Source: Eledone cirrhosa (lineage: Eukaryota). Taken from it: a stretch of 64,000 nt of DNA. A program made the translations under genes and the position numbers. The notes below the pieces were generated by a model, which was not told the DNA's origin, did not search any database, and saw only the letters and a list, made by a program, of their open reading frames with translations. Within the stretch, counting starts at the first letter, position 1. Each line of letters starts with the position of its first letter. The stretch is from contig OZ024744.1 in the NCBI GenBank assembly GCA_964016885.1, forward strand, positions 71,610,001 through 71,674,000, read 5' to 3'. This document shows positions 38,355-53,195 of the stretch, piece by piece.

Positions 38355-38700
38355 GGCGGCGAATTGGCAGAGTCGTTAGAACGTCGGATAGAATGCTTTA
38401 TGGTATTACTTCTGGCTCTCTACTCTCTTGAGTTCAAATCCCACCGAGGTCAACTTTGCCTTTCATCATTTCGAGGTCGATAAAAAAGTACCAGTCTAGT
38501 ACTGGGGTAGATTCTTCCTCTATATCTCTTTCTCATTTCCTGTCTCTCTCACTTTATATCTTTCTCTGGAAGAAATATCTGCTGTTCTCAGGTCTGGAAA
38601 GGGATGGGCTCAGTCAAGCTTAAAATGTTCAAGAAACGCTGTATGTCAATATGGCACCGATACCACTCTACCAAGAGTTAAGGGATCATACATCTTCTTG
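38355..38700 (+). mobile_element. Long-tail SINE variant
   Basis: As 37165-37505. Confidence 0.8.
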
Positions 38701-39211
38701 CTGTATAGATATAGATCTACCCTTATCGGCCAGATTTATAATCAAATTTGTATCAAGGATTACACTAATATCTCCTTGTGTGAGATTTAATAGTATTTTG
38801 ATAGCTATTTCCACCAATGCAACAGCCACGTTGTGACCCGTTATTAGTTTTAACAATTCATGGGTCACTTGAATATAGAATTATAGACAACATTGTAAAA
38901 AGGTTATTCACCCCTTGTTTTGAAATATTCTTGCGTTAATAGCGACACAAGACTATTATTGTAAACAAGATGGGCGGTGACAGTTTATGCATTAGACTCG
39001 CCATTATTAAAAGAAGTCAAACTTATCCAACCAGTGAAAGGAGAATCGTTAGCAAAATCAACAAGCCAACAAACGGTATTATATTCATAGCACCATTCTT
39101 CCGCACCAAAAAACGAGTAAGCATTTTATGATTACATTTATGGTTGCGTTCAAAGAATGTTAAACGCGAGTATATAACAATCATGCTTACACTTATACTC
39201 CACCTCCTTTA

Positions 39212-39247
<36 letters not shown>

Positions 39248-39434
39248 TGTTTCTACTTTTGGCACAAGGCCAGCAATTATTCCAGTGCATTACTGGTACT
39301 TTATTTTATCGACCCCGTAAGGATGAAAGGCAAAGTTAACCTCGGCGGGATTTGAACTCAGATCATAAAGGGAGGTAACTCTATGCTTCAAAGCATGGCG
39401 TCCGACCCTTACCGATACTGCCAATCCACCGCCC
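39212..39434 (-). mobile_element. Short-family SINE in (TAA)n
   Basis: Full reverse-complement copy; head abuts the tail of Tx1 copy B. Confidence 0.88.
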
Positions 39435-39435
39435 T

Positions 39436-42400
39436 AAATAATAATAATAATAATGATTTCTTTATTGGCCACAAGGGCTGACATTACAGACGGCACAGGA
39501 CGATACGATGTGGGTTTTGTGCGTGTAAATATTTTTATTATTTATATAAGAAAAGAAAAAAAAGGACATAAAACATATATATATAAACAATAAAAATGAA
39601 AACTGAAACAATGAAAAATTCCCCAATAGAGGGGAAACCTCCGAGGGTTACTCGTGGCGAAAACCACACAAAAGACCACGGCCACCCTGACAACCAGGGC
39701 AAGCGCCCGCTCTCAATTTTTCCATCTCTCAGACGTATATTCAGAGTGGTCCAGTTCACTCGGACCATTCTCGCTACATTCACCCACCATTCAACAAACT
39801 TGGTAGAAAGCAGCACTTGCCTCTCCACCCTGATTTTCCTCTTCAAGTGAAACTTGAAAAAGTTAATTAGGGATTCGCCGAAGAGGAAAGTGTTTGTCTT
39901 TAACCCTGTCCACCACACAATCTCTTTCGCCATGGCCACCAGGCAGATGAAAACCGCCTGCCCTTCCTCCTCGAAGGAAGACGGCGAGACCATCGGCACA
40001 ATGGACTCAGTCGACAACCGGATCAGTCCCACACGTGACAGCAACTGTTCGACATAGCTCCACAAGTCAGCAATGCTCGGGCACTGAACGAGTGCGTGCA
40101 CAACGGTTTCGTCGCTCTGCGCACATCTCAGACAGGCTCGGCTGACGGCACTTCCGTGCTTGTAGAGCTTATCTCGAACCGACAGCTCTCCCCGGTAGCA
40201 CTGCAGGCCAGGGATTTTTGGAAGTTATCCATAGGCCCCGGGCTGAAAGTTCTCCGAAAGACAGCAAACAGCTGATCTTCTTCGACGCTCAGGATCTCTC
40301 CGAGAAAGTCGTCGCTCTTCCCCCACTAGTCCTCTATAGAATGCCGAGGTGGATGTTCCACCGATACTGGTGCCCAGCTGGGAGAGGGCAGTGAGCGCCT
40401 GGAGGCATTCCAGTTTCCAAGCGCTATCCCTCGGTCTTTTTCTGACCCAGGACTGCAGCTCCGTCAAGAAGACGAGCTGTGGGAAAACGTGCCTGGCGAA
40501 CGGCGACCACACCCGTTCACCATCAAGGAAACACTAGAGATGTCGCAGCCTCAGCGCATGTCTGCGCATCATCAGCCATGGCATGCCCAGTCCTCCACGC
40601 AACGGGTGTTGACAGCAGACGGATCGTCTGACCATGGGAGCGCGTCCCTTCCACAAAAAGCGGAAGATGAGGCGCTCCATTTTGGTGAGAGTTGGGTTGG
40701 AGAAAGGGACGACGGTGAGGCGGTAGCAGATGACGGATGCGATGTACGCATTCACTACTTCCGCCCGGCCTTTCAGGGACAGCTTCCTCTCAGCCCATTT
40801 CTGGGTGAGGGAGGCCACCCTGCTCGTCACCTCGTTCCAGTTTTTCTCCATCTGGAGGTTCGATCCGAACCAGATCCCGGGCAATTTAACCGGTCAGTCC
40901 GTCCAACGCCCCACGACGCTGTCGGACGGCATGTACTTTCCTCTCCAGGTGCAGAGCTGCAACCCCACCGACTTTTCCTGGTTTATCTTTGCTCCTGTCA
41001 CTGCTTCGTATTCCTTGAGAGCGGTGCCGAGCATCTGGACGTGTCTGGTGCTCGAGACCACCACGGTGACGTCGTCAGCGTAAGCCGACTCGGACTTACC
41101 GCATCCTAGTTCACGTGGGACGCCCCTCATCGCCCCCAGTTTGTGCAGTAACAGCTCGAGAGCCAATATGTACAAGAGGGACGAGAGGGCACAACCCTGG
41201 CGGACTGAGCGCATGATGCTAAACGGCTGCGACAGGTGACCGTTCACCTCACAACTGAGCAGATGTCGCTGCACATTGCTGCGATCCAACCCCTGAAAAC
41301 GGGCCCGAAACCGACTGCATCGAGGACGGCCGCCAGGTACCGATGGTCGACCCTATCGAATGCTTTGGATTGATCCAAGTTGATCAGCGCCCCACCCTTG
41401 CCAGGTTACTTAATCACCCTCTCTATGATGTATCGCATGAGGTGGAGGTTGTCGTGTATAGATCTGTCCGGAATGGCGCATGTCTGCGCCTCTCCCACCA
41501 GACCCTTGACGACAAGCGCCAACCTCGTTGCGAAACACCTTGGCCAAAATCTTGAACTCTGCGTTTAGCAGGGTTATGGGCCTGAAATTATGGATAACAT
41601 CCCCCTTGTTCGGGTCTTTTCTCAGCAGCGCCACTGCTCCCCGGCTCACAAAACTGGGAATGCTCTCGTTCTGCTGCCTGTCGCAGAAGACGTCTGCCAA
41701 GCTGTCACCGAACAAGTCTGGCATAAATGCATCTAACCCTGCGATTTACCCCTTGCGCAGTTAGTCATCGCTTCCCGTATTTCACCGGCTGTTATTGGCT
41801 TTTCGCAACACTGTGCTGCGGTCGTAGAGAGCCGAGGCAGTCCGTCGAGGTATGCACTGAAGTCCATGCTCCGATCCAGCCCACCGCTGCTCCCGAACAG
41901 TTCAGCAAAGTGCTGCTGAAAAGCTTCACACATCTGCTCGGGTTCAAGCAACACGCGCCAGTTTTGGTCAGACAAAGACCGAATTGTGGCTTTGTTGCCA
42001 CGTCGCGCCTCTGCCACCCGGGCCCATTGGACGGCTTTTGTTCCCTCGTGTTTCAGAGCACGCGCTCTAGCTCTGACAACGCAGACTTCGTGTTTTGCGT
42101 TGAAGAATTGGTCGAGTGCCAATCTCGCTGCAAGCACGTCGGTTGCGATGCCTGTCCTAAACGCCTCTTCTAGCTTTCTGACTAGCTCTCCCTCTACTCT
42201 ATTTTCCTCTATCACTACTCCTTTGCTAAACCTAATCGACTCTACTTTAATTGCCCTTTTCAGGGCGAACCACCACCAGCTGTTGACGACTGCTTCCGTC
42301 AACGCCCGCTTAACTAGTTCGCTAATCCGGTCTCTGTAGGCTTTACACGCCGGGAAAGACGCGTTCAGCTTCCAGTAACCAGGCACTTGTCTATGAAGTC

Positions 42401-44592
42401 TGTCTATGTCGATCTCAGAGATCACAAATTTGTGGTCTGTGTAGTCGACTATTTTAAATTGTGGACAACTTATACTAGCCTTATCTAGTTCTCTGCAGAA
42501 TACCCTATCGAGATACGATCTGAATGACCCGATGCGGTTTGTCCATGTCCACATTGGCACATTCGTGTGATCCAGTCGATACCTGTCAGACAGTTCAAAA
42601 CGTCTGCGCAGGTTGGTGAGGTTCTTGCACCCTCCTCCCCTATCCACTAGCCCCACATGATCCAAGATACCGTTCCAGTCGCCCACTAACACTAAAGAGC
42701 CCACTAACACTAAAGAAAGGTCTCTAGACGTCAGAAGAAATCTGGCCGTCCTGCCCCTGTTGGGGGGTAGACGGCTACTAGCCTGAAAGCATTGCCTTCG
42801 CTGCCGGTCACGTCCAGCACCACCGACTTACCTTCTGGGTCCAGGAAGATGGCCTGTATCGCGAGATCCAAGCCTCTCCAAAAAAGGACGGCAACCCCTC
42901 TCCCCGATCCTGGACGGCTGGGAGATGCGTATACATCGTAGCCGCCGAAGATCGGTGCGAAGGCCCGTGCCTCGGAGATTCTGGTTTCACTGATGGCCAC
43001 CACATCTATGTTTAGTGACCTGAGGTCATTGAGCAGGTGACTCTCCTTCCAAGGTGACCCCAGGCCACGTGCATTTATACTGCCTATTCTGAGTACAGCC
43101 ATGTTGGATGAGAAACGGGGCAAATGAGAAAGGGTCACTTACCTTGTCGTGTGGTGAAGGGACAGTAGAACCGCCCCTTTCGCTGGTCATGGGTGTTTCC
43201 AGGAGGATATCAGTGTATATCATCTTGGTAACCGACCCTCTGAAGTCTCCAACTGCGTTGGGGAATTTTTGTTTTAAAGGTTTGTACTGTTCTATTGAGA
43301 TTTCGATGATGCTTATGTTTGTCGGGAGAGTTCTTGGTGTTGGTGGGGTGTAGTAGTTTTTTTCTGTGATGTCTGTGTGCTGCTTTATATATTGTATGAG
43401 TTCTTTTTTTGCCATGTTTATGGCTGTGTACTTTTTTGGGGGAGGGGTGATTTTGTTGCTGTTTTCTTCTTGTTGCTGTTTGCGTTGTTGGTGTTTGTGG
43501 TGGTCTTGCTGCAAGTTTCCTTGCTGCCTTTACCCCTCTTTGTATGCCTTCGCTTTTGGAGGGTGAATCTAAGGGTTTTTTTGTTTTTTTTGTTTTTTTG
43601 TGGCAGACCGTTTGCCACTTTACTCCCGCCTCAAACTCCATGTCGGATTCTGTGGCGTCTGGGAGGGGTATGTGCTCTACGGCTGTTGGTGATGGTAGTG
43701 GAGCCCTCTTTGGCAATTTTGTTGCTGGTGTAGCTACTTCAAGTGTAGCTATTGTTGTTGCCGCCACTGATGATGCTGCTTTAGTTGTCCGTGGCCTTGG
43801 TACCGGTGCTACGGACGTTGCCCTCCTACTCACCGTGGAAGGGGCTTCTTCGTTTGTTGCCTGCCCTGCTCTTGGTAGCAGCGGACCAGGTATTGGAAGG
43901 AGAGGGGCCTTCTTCGGTGTCTTTTGCGGGCAAAAGGCCCTGAGGTGACCCTTCGACCCACAGAGATAACATTTTGGCCGTCTTCCTTCTACACTTACAG
44001 GGAGTTGGAATCCTTCCTCGATGTCTATGATATCGGGGATAGCGTTGATACATTCCTGGTCAGTTTGTATAAGCATTTGCATGCCTATACCTGACCAGTT
44101 CTCTCTCCCTATTTTTTCTACTATTTTGTCGCCCTGTTCTCGATTCCAGCAAGGACAGACGCGGCCAGCCAGAGTATGGGCACGTCGGGTGGGACCTGGG
44201 TCACTTTGACCCTCACAATTTTCTGCCCGCAGTAGGAGGGCACCAAGACTATTTCCTCATTCTTTAGGACTCCCAAAGCGTGAGACTTTGCTTCCTGGGG
44301 GGGGGGGGGGTACGTCTAGTGTGGCGTACCGTCTCCCTCGGGTGATGTGGGTTTTGCGTGCCCAGACGCACCCCAAGGCTTTTTGGATTTGAGCCTCCGT
44401 GGCTCTCTCCACTCGATATGAGATTTTGCTTACGGTGCGGTAAGTCACCGTCAGTAGCTGCTGGTCCTTGAAGAAATCGGGTGGAGGTTTCAGGGAAACT
44501 CTATTTGCGCTTCTTGTCACCATGGCCCTTGCGACTGCCATCTCCTCTTCTGTGACTAACACTGTCTCGATATTTCGGGCGACACCTGCAAA
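39436..44592 (-). mobile_element. Tx1-like LINE, copy B (5'-truncated within ORF1; ORF2 starts 43102, disrupted)
   Basis: ORF1 zinc knuckle CYLCGSKGHLRAFC; ORF2 SINARGL..AYADD..HALVQC; (TTA)n tail. Confidence 0.92.
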
Positions 44593-47328
44593 ATAAACAA
44601 CAAACGAGAAAGATCAGAACCTTGGTGGAACAAACGACTGAATGGTCAAATCAGGGAAATGAGAAATGACATTGGAAAGCTTGAGTCCCTACTGAATGGG
44701 ACACTAAAAAACATAGACAATAAAAATAGACTGGAAATAAAGTACAAAACTAGGAGGAAAAACTAAATATTATCATAGAGGAACTGAAGCAACGCATTGT
44801 AGCAAAGAGTGCAAAAATTAGGCGATACGAGAGCAGAGTCAGTCAGTATAGACAGAACCGCATGTTTGACAACAACCAGAAGATGTTGTTTGGACAGCTT
44901 GAAAGGAAAGAAAGAAGCAACGACTTGATCCCTGAGGCGGAACAAACTAAGACATTCTGGAGAGGAATATGGGAGCAGGATGTTAAACATAATGACCAGG
45001 CAGTGTGGATTGAGACAGTACAAAAGGAGATTAGTGAACAGGCACACCAACAAACTGATTTTAGTATCACAGTTGAAACTCTTAAGGGGCAGGCCAAAAA
45101 GCTAACCAACTGGAAATCACCAGGCCCAGATGGTGTGCAGGGGTATTGGATTAAAAATATAACATCCTTCCACCCGAAACTGACAACCATGTTCAATGAC
45201 TGCTTGATGTCAGGTGAGGTCCCAGAGTGTTTGACAAAAGGTACCACAGTTCTGGTAATGAAAGACCGAATCAAGAGTAATGATGTTACCAACTATAGAC
45301 CTATCACATGTCTGTCCGTAATGCGGAAACTGTTGACAAGCATTATGTCTGAGGAAATCTACCATCAACTCCACACAAACAACTTGTTACTAGACGAACA
45401 GAAAGGAAGCCGAAAGAAGTCCCGTGGTACAAAGGACCAGCTACTTATTGATAAGATGGTAATGAGGAATTGCAAGAGGAGACACACTGGTCTTGCCATG
45501 GGATGGATAGACTACAAAAAGACATTCGACATGGTGCCTCATTCTTGGATCACCAACAGCCTAGAGATCTTCAAGGTGGCAGATAACATCAGACAGTTGT
45601 TGGGCAAAAGTATGAAGTCCTGGAAAACAGAGTTAACATCAGCTGGGGAATCCTTGGGAGGCGTGAAGATCAAGAGAGGTATCTTCCAGGGAGATAGTCT
45701 GTCCCTTCTGTTGTTTGTCCTTGCCCTGATACCCCTGACCATTATACTGCGAAAAGTGAGAGCAGGATACAAGTTGGGAAAGGGAGAGCTGACCATCAAT
45801 CACCTCTTCTTCATGGACGATCTTAAACTCTTCGGGAAGAGTGAGAAGGAGTTGGATGTGCTTGTTGGCACTGTCCGTATTTTCAGCAATGATATATGTA
45901 TGCAATTTGGTATTAGTAAGTGTGGAATCCTTGTGATGAAGAGGGGTAAATTGAGCAGAAGCAACGGAATCCAGGTACCAACAGGTGAGATGATAAAGGA
46001 AATTGACACTGAAGAAGAATACAAGTATTTGGGTGTTCTGGAGGCTGATGACATCAAGAACAAAAAAGTGAAGGAATTGATTAGATCTGAATACATTCGG
46101 AGAGTAAGGAGCGTATTAAAGTCACATCTGAACAGTAGGAATGCCATAAGTGCAGTATTTTCCCGAGCTGTGTCTATTATTAGGTACAGTGCGGGAATTC
46201 TGAGATGGAATGTTGCTGAACAAAAAGAAATGGATAGGAAGACTAGGAAGCTATTGACTATCTACAACATGTTCCACAAGAGGAGTGATGTTGATAGATT
46301 CTACTTAAGGAGATCTGAAGGTGGAAGAGGTCTTATCAGCATAGAGGACTGTGTTCAGATGGAGAAAAACAACCTACACAAATACATGACTGATAGTAAG
46401 GAGCCAATGCTCAGAATTGTACTGAAGGAGAGGACAATAGACCAGGGGATGTCCAAGGAGGAAATAACAACAAGGAGAAAGAGCAGCCTTCATGAAAAAT
46501 CCCTTCATAGTACCTTCTTTGAGAAAACTGAATTCAAAGATCCACAGATATGGAACTGGTTGAAAAGAGGAGACCTTAAAAAGGCTACAGAAGGAATGCT
46601 AATGGCTGCGCAAGAGCAGGCGCTCAAAACGAAGTGGTGGAAACACCATATTTACAAGGAGGAGGCTAGCCCACTGTGCAGGATCTGTGGAGAGAGAGAG
46701 AGGAGACTGTGGATCACATTGTATCCGAGTATAAACACCTAGCCCAGACTCACTATAAAGGCTGGAGACATGATGTGATGGGCTGGGTGATCCATTGGCA
46801 CCTATGCAAAGTAAACAATTTACCACATTCTGAGAAGTGGTATGAGCATAAGCCAGAGTCGGTGATAGAAAACGACCAGCTGAAGGTGCTGTGGGATTTT
46901 AGGATACAGACGAACAAGAAACTGGAACACAATAGACCTGACCTGGTGGTTTTGGACAAGGAAAAAAGATCATGCCTGATTGTGGATGTGGCCTGCCCAT
47001 TCGACACGAGAGTGCAAGAGAAGGAGAGGGAGAAAATTAACCGATACCAGGACTTAAAGTGGGAGGTAAAAAGGATTTGGAACTGGCATGAAGTCAAAGT
47101 GGTCCCGATTGTCATAGGCGCACTAGGTACTATCTCAAAAAGTTTCCAGGGATGGTTAAAGAAAATTGGCCCCGCCACGCTTTTTGGAACGCTTCAAACG
47201 GCATGCTTGCTGGGAACAGCAAGAACCCTCCGATACGTCCTGAATATCTGAGGCTGCAGATAGTGGCTTGATATTCATTTCAACAAACTTTCCAGTTAAC
47301 TAACATCAATGACTGAGACTCAAAAAAC

Positions 47329-47330
<2 letters not shown>
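44593..47330 (+). mobile_element. R4/Dong-like RLE LINE, copy 2, 5'-truncated
   Basis: 626-aa RT ORF 44862-46742 (FFMDD, CRIC) plus RLE 46676-47251 (RHD, RPDLVV, IVDVACPFD, EKINRY); ends at (TAA)n. Confidence 0.92.
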
Positions 47331-47375
<45 letters not shown>

Positions 47376-47635
47376 TTTCTTTATTAACCACAAGGGTTTA
47401 CATAAAGTAGACATTAAGGACAGTGCAGGACAATGCAGGACGGTACAAATGGGCATTTCTGCGTGTAAAAAACAAAAAACAGAGGATGTAACAAAAATAA
47501 CAATGAAAATAACAATGAAAAATTCCCCAATAGGGGGGAGACTTCGGAGGGACATTTGTGGAGAAAGCCCAGTAAAAAGCCACAATGACCCTGACCACCA
47601 AGGCAAGTGCCCTCTCCCAGTTTTCCACCTTTAAT

Positions 47636-50600
47636 TTACAGATATATACTCAGAGTAGGCCCATTCACTCGGGCCATTCTTGCTTCTCTCACCCATCTTT
47701 CAACAAAATGCTGGGAAGAGAGCACTTCCCTCTCTACTCTGATTTTCCTTTTCAAATGAAATTTGAAAAAGTCAATCAGAGCATCACCGAAGAGGTAAGT
47801 GCTCGTCTTCAGCCCTTTCAAACGTGTCCACCATACTATCTCTTTCGCCATGGCCACCAGGCAGATAAAAACTGCCTGCCCTTCCCGGCTAAAGGAGGAG
47901 GGCGGGGCAATCCTCACGATGGACTCAGATGATAGCCGGATCCGTCCTAAACGCGACAGCAGGTGTTCGACATAAACCCACAAGTCAGCAATTTTCGGAC
48001 ACTGGACGAGTGCGTGCAGGACGGTTTCGTCGCCCTGCGCGCATCTCGGACATGCCCGGCTGACGGCACCTCCATGCCTGTAGAGTTTATCCCGAACTGG
48101 CAAGGCTCCTCGGTAGCACTGCCAGGCCAGAGATTTCTGGAAGTTGTCCATAGGCCCTGGCCCGAAAGTTCTTCCGAAGAGATTGGCTAGTTGATTTTCG
48201 TCGACGCCTAGAGTTTCCCCAAGTACGTCGTCGCTCTTCCCCTCCACTAATCCTCTATAGAACGCCGAGGTGGAGTTTCCACCGATCACATTGCCCGATT
48301 GGTCGAGGGCTGTGAGCGCCTGAAGACATTCCAGTCTCCAGGCGCTCCCTCTCGGTCTTCGCTTGACCCAGGACTGCAGCTCCGTCAAGGAAACGAGCTG
48401 GGGAAACACGCGCCTAGCAAACGGCGACCACACCTGATCACCGTCGAGGAAGAGGTGGAGATGTCGTAGCCTGAGCGCGTGCCTGCGCATCATCAGCCAC
48501 GGCATGCCCAGCCCTCCACGTAGCGGGTGTTGACAACAGATGGACCGCCTGACCATCGGAGCGCGTCCCTTCCACAAAAAGCGAAAGAGCAAACGCTCCA
48601 GCGCAGTCAGGCGAGGCTTAGGACAAGGTACTACGGTCAGGCGGTAGCAGATGACGGACGCGATGTACGCGTTAGCCACCTCCCCTCGACCTTTCAGGGA
48701 TAGCTTCCTCTCAGCCCATTTCTGGGTGAGAGAAGCCACCCTGTTCGTCACCTCGTCCCAGTTTTTGTCCGTCTGGAGGTCTGGACCGAACCTGACCCCT
48801 AGCATTTTAACCGGTCCGTCCGTCCAGCGTCCGACGACGCTGTTGGACGGCATGGACCTGCCTCTCCAGGTGCCGAGCTGCAGGCCCACTGTCTTTTCCT
48901 GGTTGATCATTGCTCCTGTCACCGCTTCGTATTCTCTTAGTGTAGTGCCGATCGCCTCGATGTGTTTGGCGTTCGACACCACTACGGTGACATCGTCCGC
49001 ATATGCTGACACGGATCTTCCGCATCCTAGTTCGCGCGGGACTCCCCTCAACGTCTACAGTTTGTGCAGTAATGGCTCGAGAGTCAATACGTACAAGAGG
49101 GACGAGAGGGGACATCCTTGGCGGACCGAGCGCATGATGTTAAACGGTTCCGACAGGTGACCGTTCACTCTCACCACAGAGCAGATGACGCTGTGCATGG
49201 CAGCGATCCAGCCTCTGAAGACGGGCCCAAAGCCAGCCGCCCTCAGGACTGCCGCTAGGTAACGATGGTCGACCCTATCGAAAGCTTTCGACTGATCTAA
49301 ATTGATCAAGGACCCACCCGTGCCAGGTTCCCTAGCTACCCTCTCTACGATGTATCGCATGAGGTGGAGGTTGTCGTGGATGGATCTGTCGGGAATGGCG
49401 CATGTCTGCGCCTCTCCCACCAGACCACCAACGACAAGCGCCAACCTCTTTGCTAGCACCTTGGCCAAAATCTTAAACTCTGTGTTTAGCAGAGTTATGG
49501 GCCGGAAATTTTCTATGTTATCCCCCTTGTTCGGATCCTTTCTCAGCAGTGCCACCGCTCCTCGGCTCACAGAACTGGGAATTCTCCCGTTCTGTTGCCA
49601 GTTGCAGTAGACGTCCGCCAAGAGGCCTCCGAACAAGTCTGGCATCTGTACGTAAAGTTCATAGGGCAGACCATCCAAACCAGGCGATTTACCCCTTGTG
49701 CAGCCAGTCATTGCCTCCCTTACTTCAGCGGCTGTTATCGGCTTTTCGCAACACTTCGCCTCAGTGGCCGAGAGCCGCGGCAGTCCGTCGAGGTAGACAC
49801 TAAAGTCCATCCCTCTACCCGGCCCACCGCTGCCACCGAATAGCTGAGCGAAGTGTCGCTGAAAAGCTTCACACATTTGCCCGGGATCGAGTAGCATGCG
49901 CCCGTCGTGGTCCACCACAGACCGGATCGTGGCTTTGTTGCCACGACGCGCCTCCGCCACTCGGGCCCATTGAACGGCTTTCGTCCCCTCGTGTCTGAGA
50001 GCACGCACCCTTGCTCTGACAACGCAGCCTTCGTGCTTTGCATTGAAGAATTGGTCAAGGGCCAATTTCGCCGCAAGCACGTCGGTCGCAATGCCTTTGC
50101 TAAGCGCCTCGTCTAATTTTCTAACTAGTTCTCCCTCTGCTCTATTTTTCTCTATTGCTAAAGCCTTACTAAACCTAATCGATTCTATTCTAATCGCTCT
50201 TTTCAGAGCAAACCACCACTTGTTGTTGACGATGGCCCTCGTCAACGCCCGCTTAACTAGTTCGCTAATCCGGTCTCTGTAGGCCTTGCGCGCTGGTAAG
50301 GACGCGTTTAGCTTCCAGTAGCCGGGTCCTCGTCTATGAAGCCTATCTAAGTCAAGCACACAGATCACGAATTTGTGGTCCGTGTAGCTGACTATCTTGA
50401 ATTGTGGACAGCCTATGCTAGACCTATCTATTTCCCTACAAAATACTCTATCTAGATATGATCTGGATGACCCTATGAGGTTTGTCCAAGTCCACATTGG
50501 CACATTCGGGAAATCCAATCGGTACCTGTCAGACAGTTCAAAACGCCTGAGCAGGTTGGTGAGGCTCTTGCACCCTCCACCCCTATCCGTTAATCCCACA

Positions 50601-51055
50601 CAGTCCCAGCGTGCATCTAAGATCCCGTTCCAGTCGCCCACTAACACTAAAGAGCGGGACGTTCCAAGAAAGGTCTCCAGACGCCGGAAGAAATCAGGCC
50701 GCCCTGCTCCTGTCGGGGCATAGACGGCCACTAGCCTGAAAGCTTGCCCGTCTCCGCTGGTCACGTCCAGCACCACCAGCTTACCCTCTGGGTCCAGGAA
50801 GATGGCCCGTATGGCGAGATCCAAACCTCTTCGAAAAAGCACAGCAACTCCTCCACCGGATCCAGGACGGCTGGGAGATGCGTACACATCGTAGCCGCCG
50901 AAGATCGGTGCGAAGGCCCGTGCTTCGGAGATTCTGGTCTCGCTGATGGCCACTACATCTATGTTTAGTGACCTGAGGTCGTTGAGCAGGTGACCCTGCT
51001 TCCATGACGACCCCAAGCCACGCGCATTTATGCTGCCTATTCTGAGTGAGGTCAT
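47636..51055 (-). pseudogene. Tx1 copy C ORF2 (APE-RT-Zn finger) with a single in-frame TAG at 49055-49057
   Basis: 666-aa and 471-aa ORFs are in the same frame; copies A and D have GAG at this codon. Confidence 0.9.
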
Positions 51056-51090
51056 GTTTAAAATAGAGTGGAAAAGATGGGAAAGACCAC

Positions 51091-53195
51091 TTACCGTACT
51101 TTTGGTAGAGGAGGGATGGTTTTTACATCCCTTTTCACTTGATCGTCTGGTGAAGGGACCGTTGAATCGTCCCTTCGGCTGGTCGTCGGCTCTTCTAAGA
51201 GAATGTCTGAGTATACTCTTCGATTGATGGTTCCTCCTAGGTCCCTGAAATCACCAACTGCGTTGGGGAATTTCGTTTTAATATTTGTGTATTGTTTCTG
51301 TGCTATTTTTAGCAGTCTTATGTTAGTTGGCGTTTTGATTGGTGCTGGTATTATGTAGTCCTGTTGTGTAATGTCTGTGTGTTCAATTATGTAAGTCATT
51401 AGTTTCTTGTTGTGTGTATTTATTGCCGTGCATTTGTTTTTCTGGGGGTGGGGTGTGGTTCTGCTATTTTCTTGTCGTTGTTGCTGGGTGTGTGTGTTTT
51501 GTTGTTGTGTTTGCGATGTTGGTGCTTGTGGTGGTGGTGTTGAAGGTGTTGTTGGCGGTGGGGTTGTCGCCGGTGGTGATGGTGGTGCTAGTGTGGGTGG
51601 TGATGGTGTTGGTGTTGTTGCTACTGTGGGTCTCTTTGCAGTAGACTTTACCCTTTTCTCATTTCTTTCCTCCCTTTTCAAAGGCGACGATGCGCTGCTT
51701 CTGCGTTTGTGCCTTCTTACGACCTTTTGCCATCTCTCTCCCACCTCACACTCCATGTCTGATTCTGTGAGGTCGGGGAGGGGTACTAGCTCCACTCTTT
51801 CACTTGTTGTTGTTGGTGATGTTTGCACTGGAGTCTCTGTTGCAGCTGCATTTGGTATTGCTGTTGTTGTTGTTAGTATTTCCACTGCTGCTGCTGTTTT
51901 TGATTTCCGTGGAGTGGGTATGGGTGCCACGGGCCTATCGTTCCTGGTTGCCGCTTGTCCTGTTGCTGGTAGCCGTGGAGCCGGATTCGGAAGGAGGGGG
52001 GTTTTCTCCTTTCTCAGGGTCTTCTCGTTGCAGAAGGCCCTGAGGTGAGTCTTCGATCCACAGCGAAAGCATTTCGGGCGTTTGCCCTCAACACTTATGG
52101 GCAGTTGAGTGCCGTTATCGAAGTCTATCACATCCGGGATAGCTTCGATGCACTCCTGGTTGGTTTGGATTAGCATCTCAATGGAGGAGCCGACCCAATC
52201 TTCTCTTACTTTTTTCTGTACTTGCAGTACAGTTGTTTTGTCCTCGATTCCGACGAGGACAGACGCGGCCAGCCAAGAAGGGGTCATTCCGGGGGGGGGG
52301 GGGGGACGTGGGTCAGTTTGACCCTCACAATTTTTTGCCCACAGTAGGAGGGCACCAACACCATTTCCTCGCTCCTTAGGGTCACTACTGATGGGGCCTT
52401 TGCCTCCTGGGGTGTGGCAAAAAGTACGTCTACGGTGGCATATTTTTTGCCTCGGGTGATGTGCGTTTTCCGCTGCCACACAGACCCCAAGGCTTTTTGT
52501 ATTTGGGCCTCTGTGGCTCTTTCCACCCTACGGGATTTTGTACTTACTGTACGGTACGTGACCGTACAGTGCTCTTGGGTTTCGAAAAATTTTTCCGCTG
52601 CCTTGCAGATTGCTCGGTGTCCGTTCTTTGTCCCCATCTTCTTCGCTTCCTCTAATTCCTCATTTGTTATGAGGATTGTTTCCAAGTTTTTCGCAATACC
52701 TGCAAATGAGATTGGTTTTTCTCTGCTGTTGTTGTTGTCGTCAGAGCTGCTGGTACTTTTGTTGTTGCTGCAGGTACTACGACTACTGCCTCCGCCGCTG
52801 TTGCTGTGGTTGTTGTTGGTGTTGCTGCTGCTAATGCTGTTGTTGTTTATGCTGCTGGTGATGCTGTTGCGGCTGCTACTGTTGTTTTCATTGTCACTGT
52901 TGCTGTTGTTATTACGGCTGCTACTGCTATTATTCCTGACGTCAGACGAATGAACTGGGTTTTCGTATTTCCCGCACACCTGTTGTGTCGCTGTCGTCGT
53001 CGTCGTGGAGAAACCTTGCACGCTTTGCACGAGACTTTTCTTTTCTTTCGTCACTTGCGAAAGAGAAGGGAGGGAGAGAGACACATTTAAAGAAGGGAGG
53101 GAGAGAGACAATCTTCTCTCTGCTGTAGTGATGATTGAGGAAGAAGAAGACGGAATGAATGGGAGTGACGTATGAAATTTCTTTTTCGTAGCCAT
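51091..53195 (-). pseudogene. Tx1 copy C ORF1 (gag-like, CCHC knuckle) with one frameshift at a homopolymer ~52291-52305
   Basis: ORFs 52284-53231 and 51091-52479 overlap across the G/C run; CFRCGSKTHLRAFC. Confidence 0.85.
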
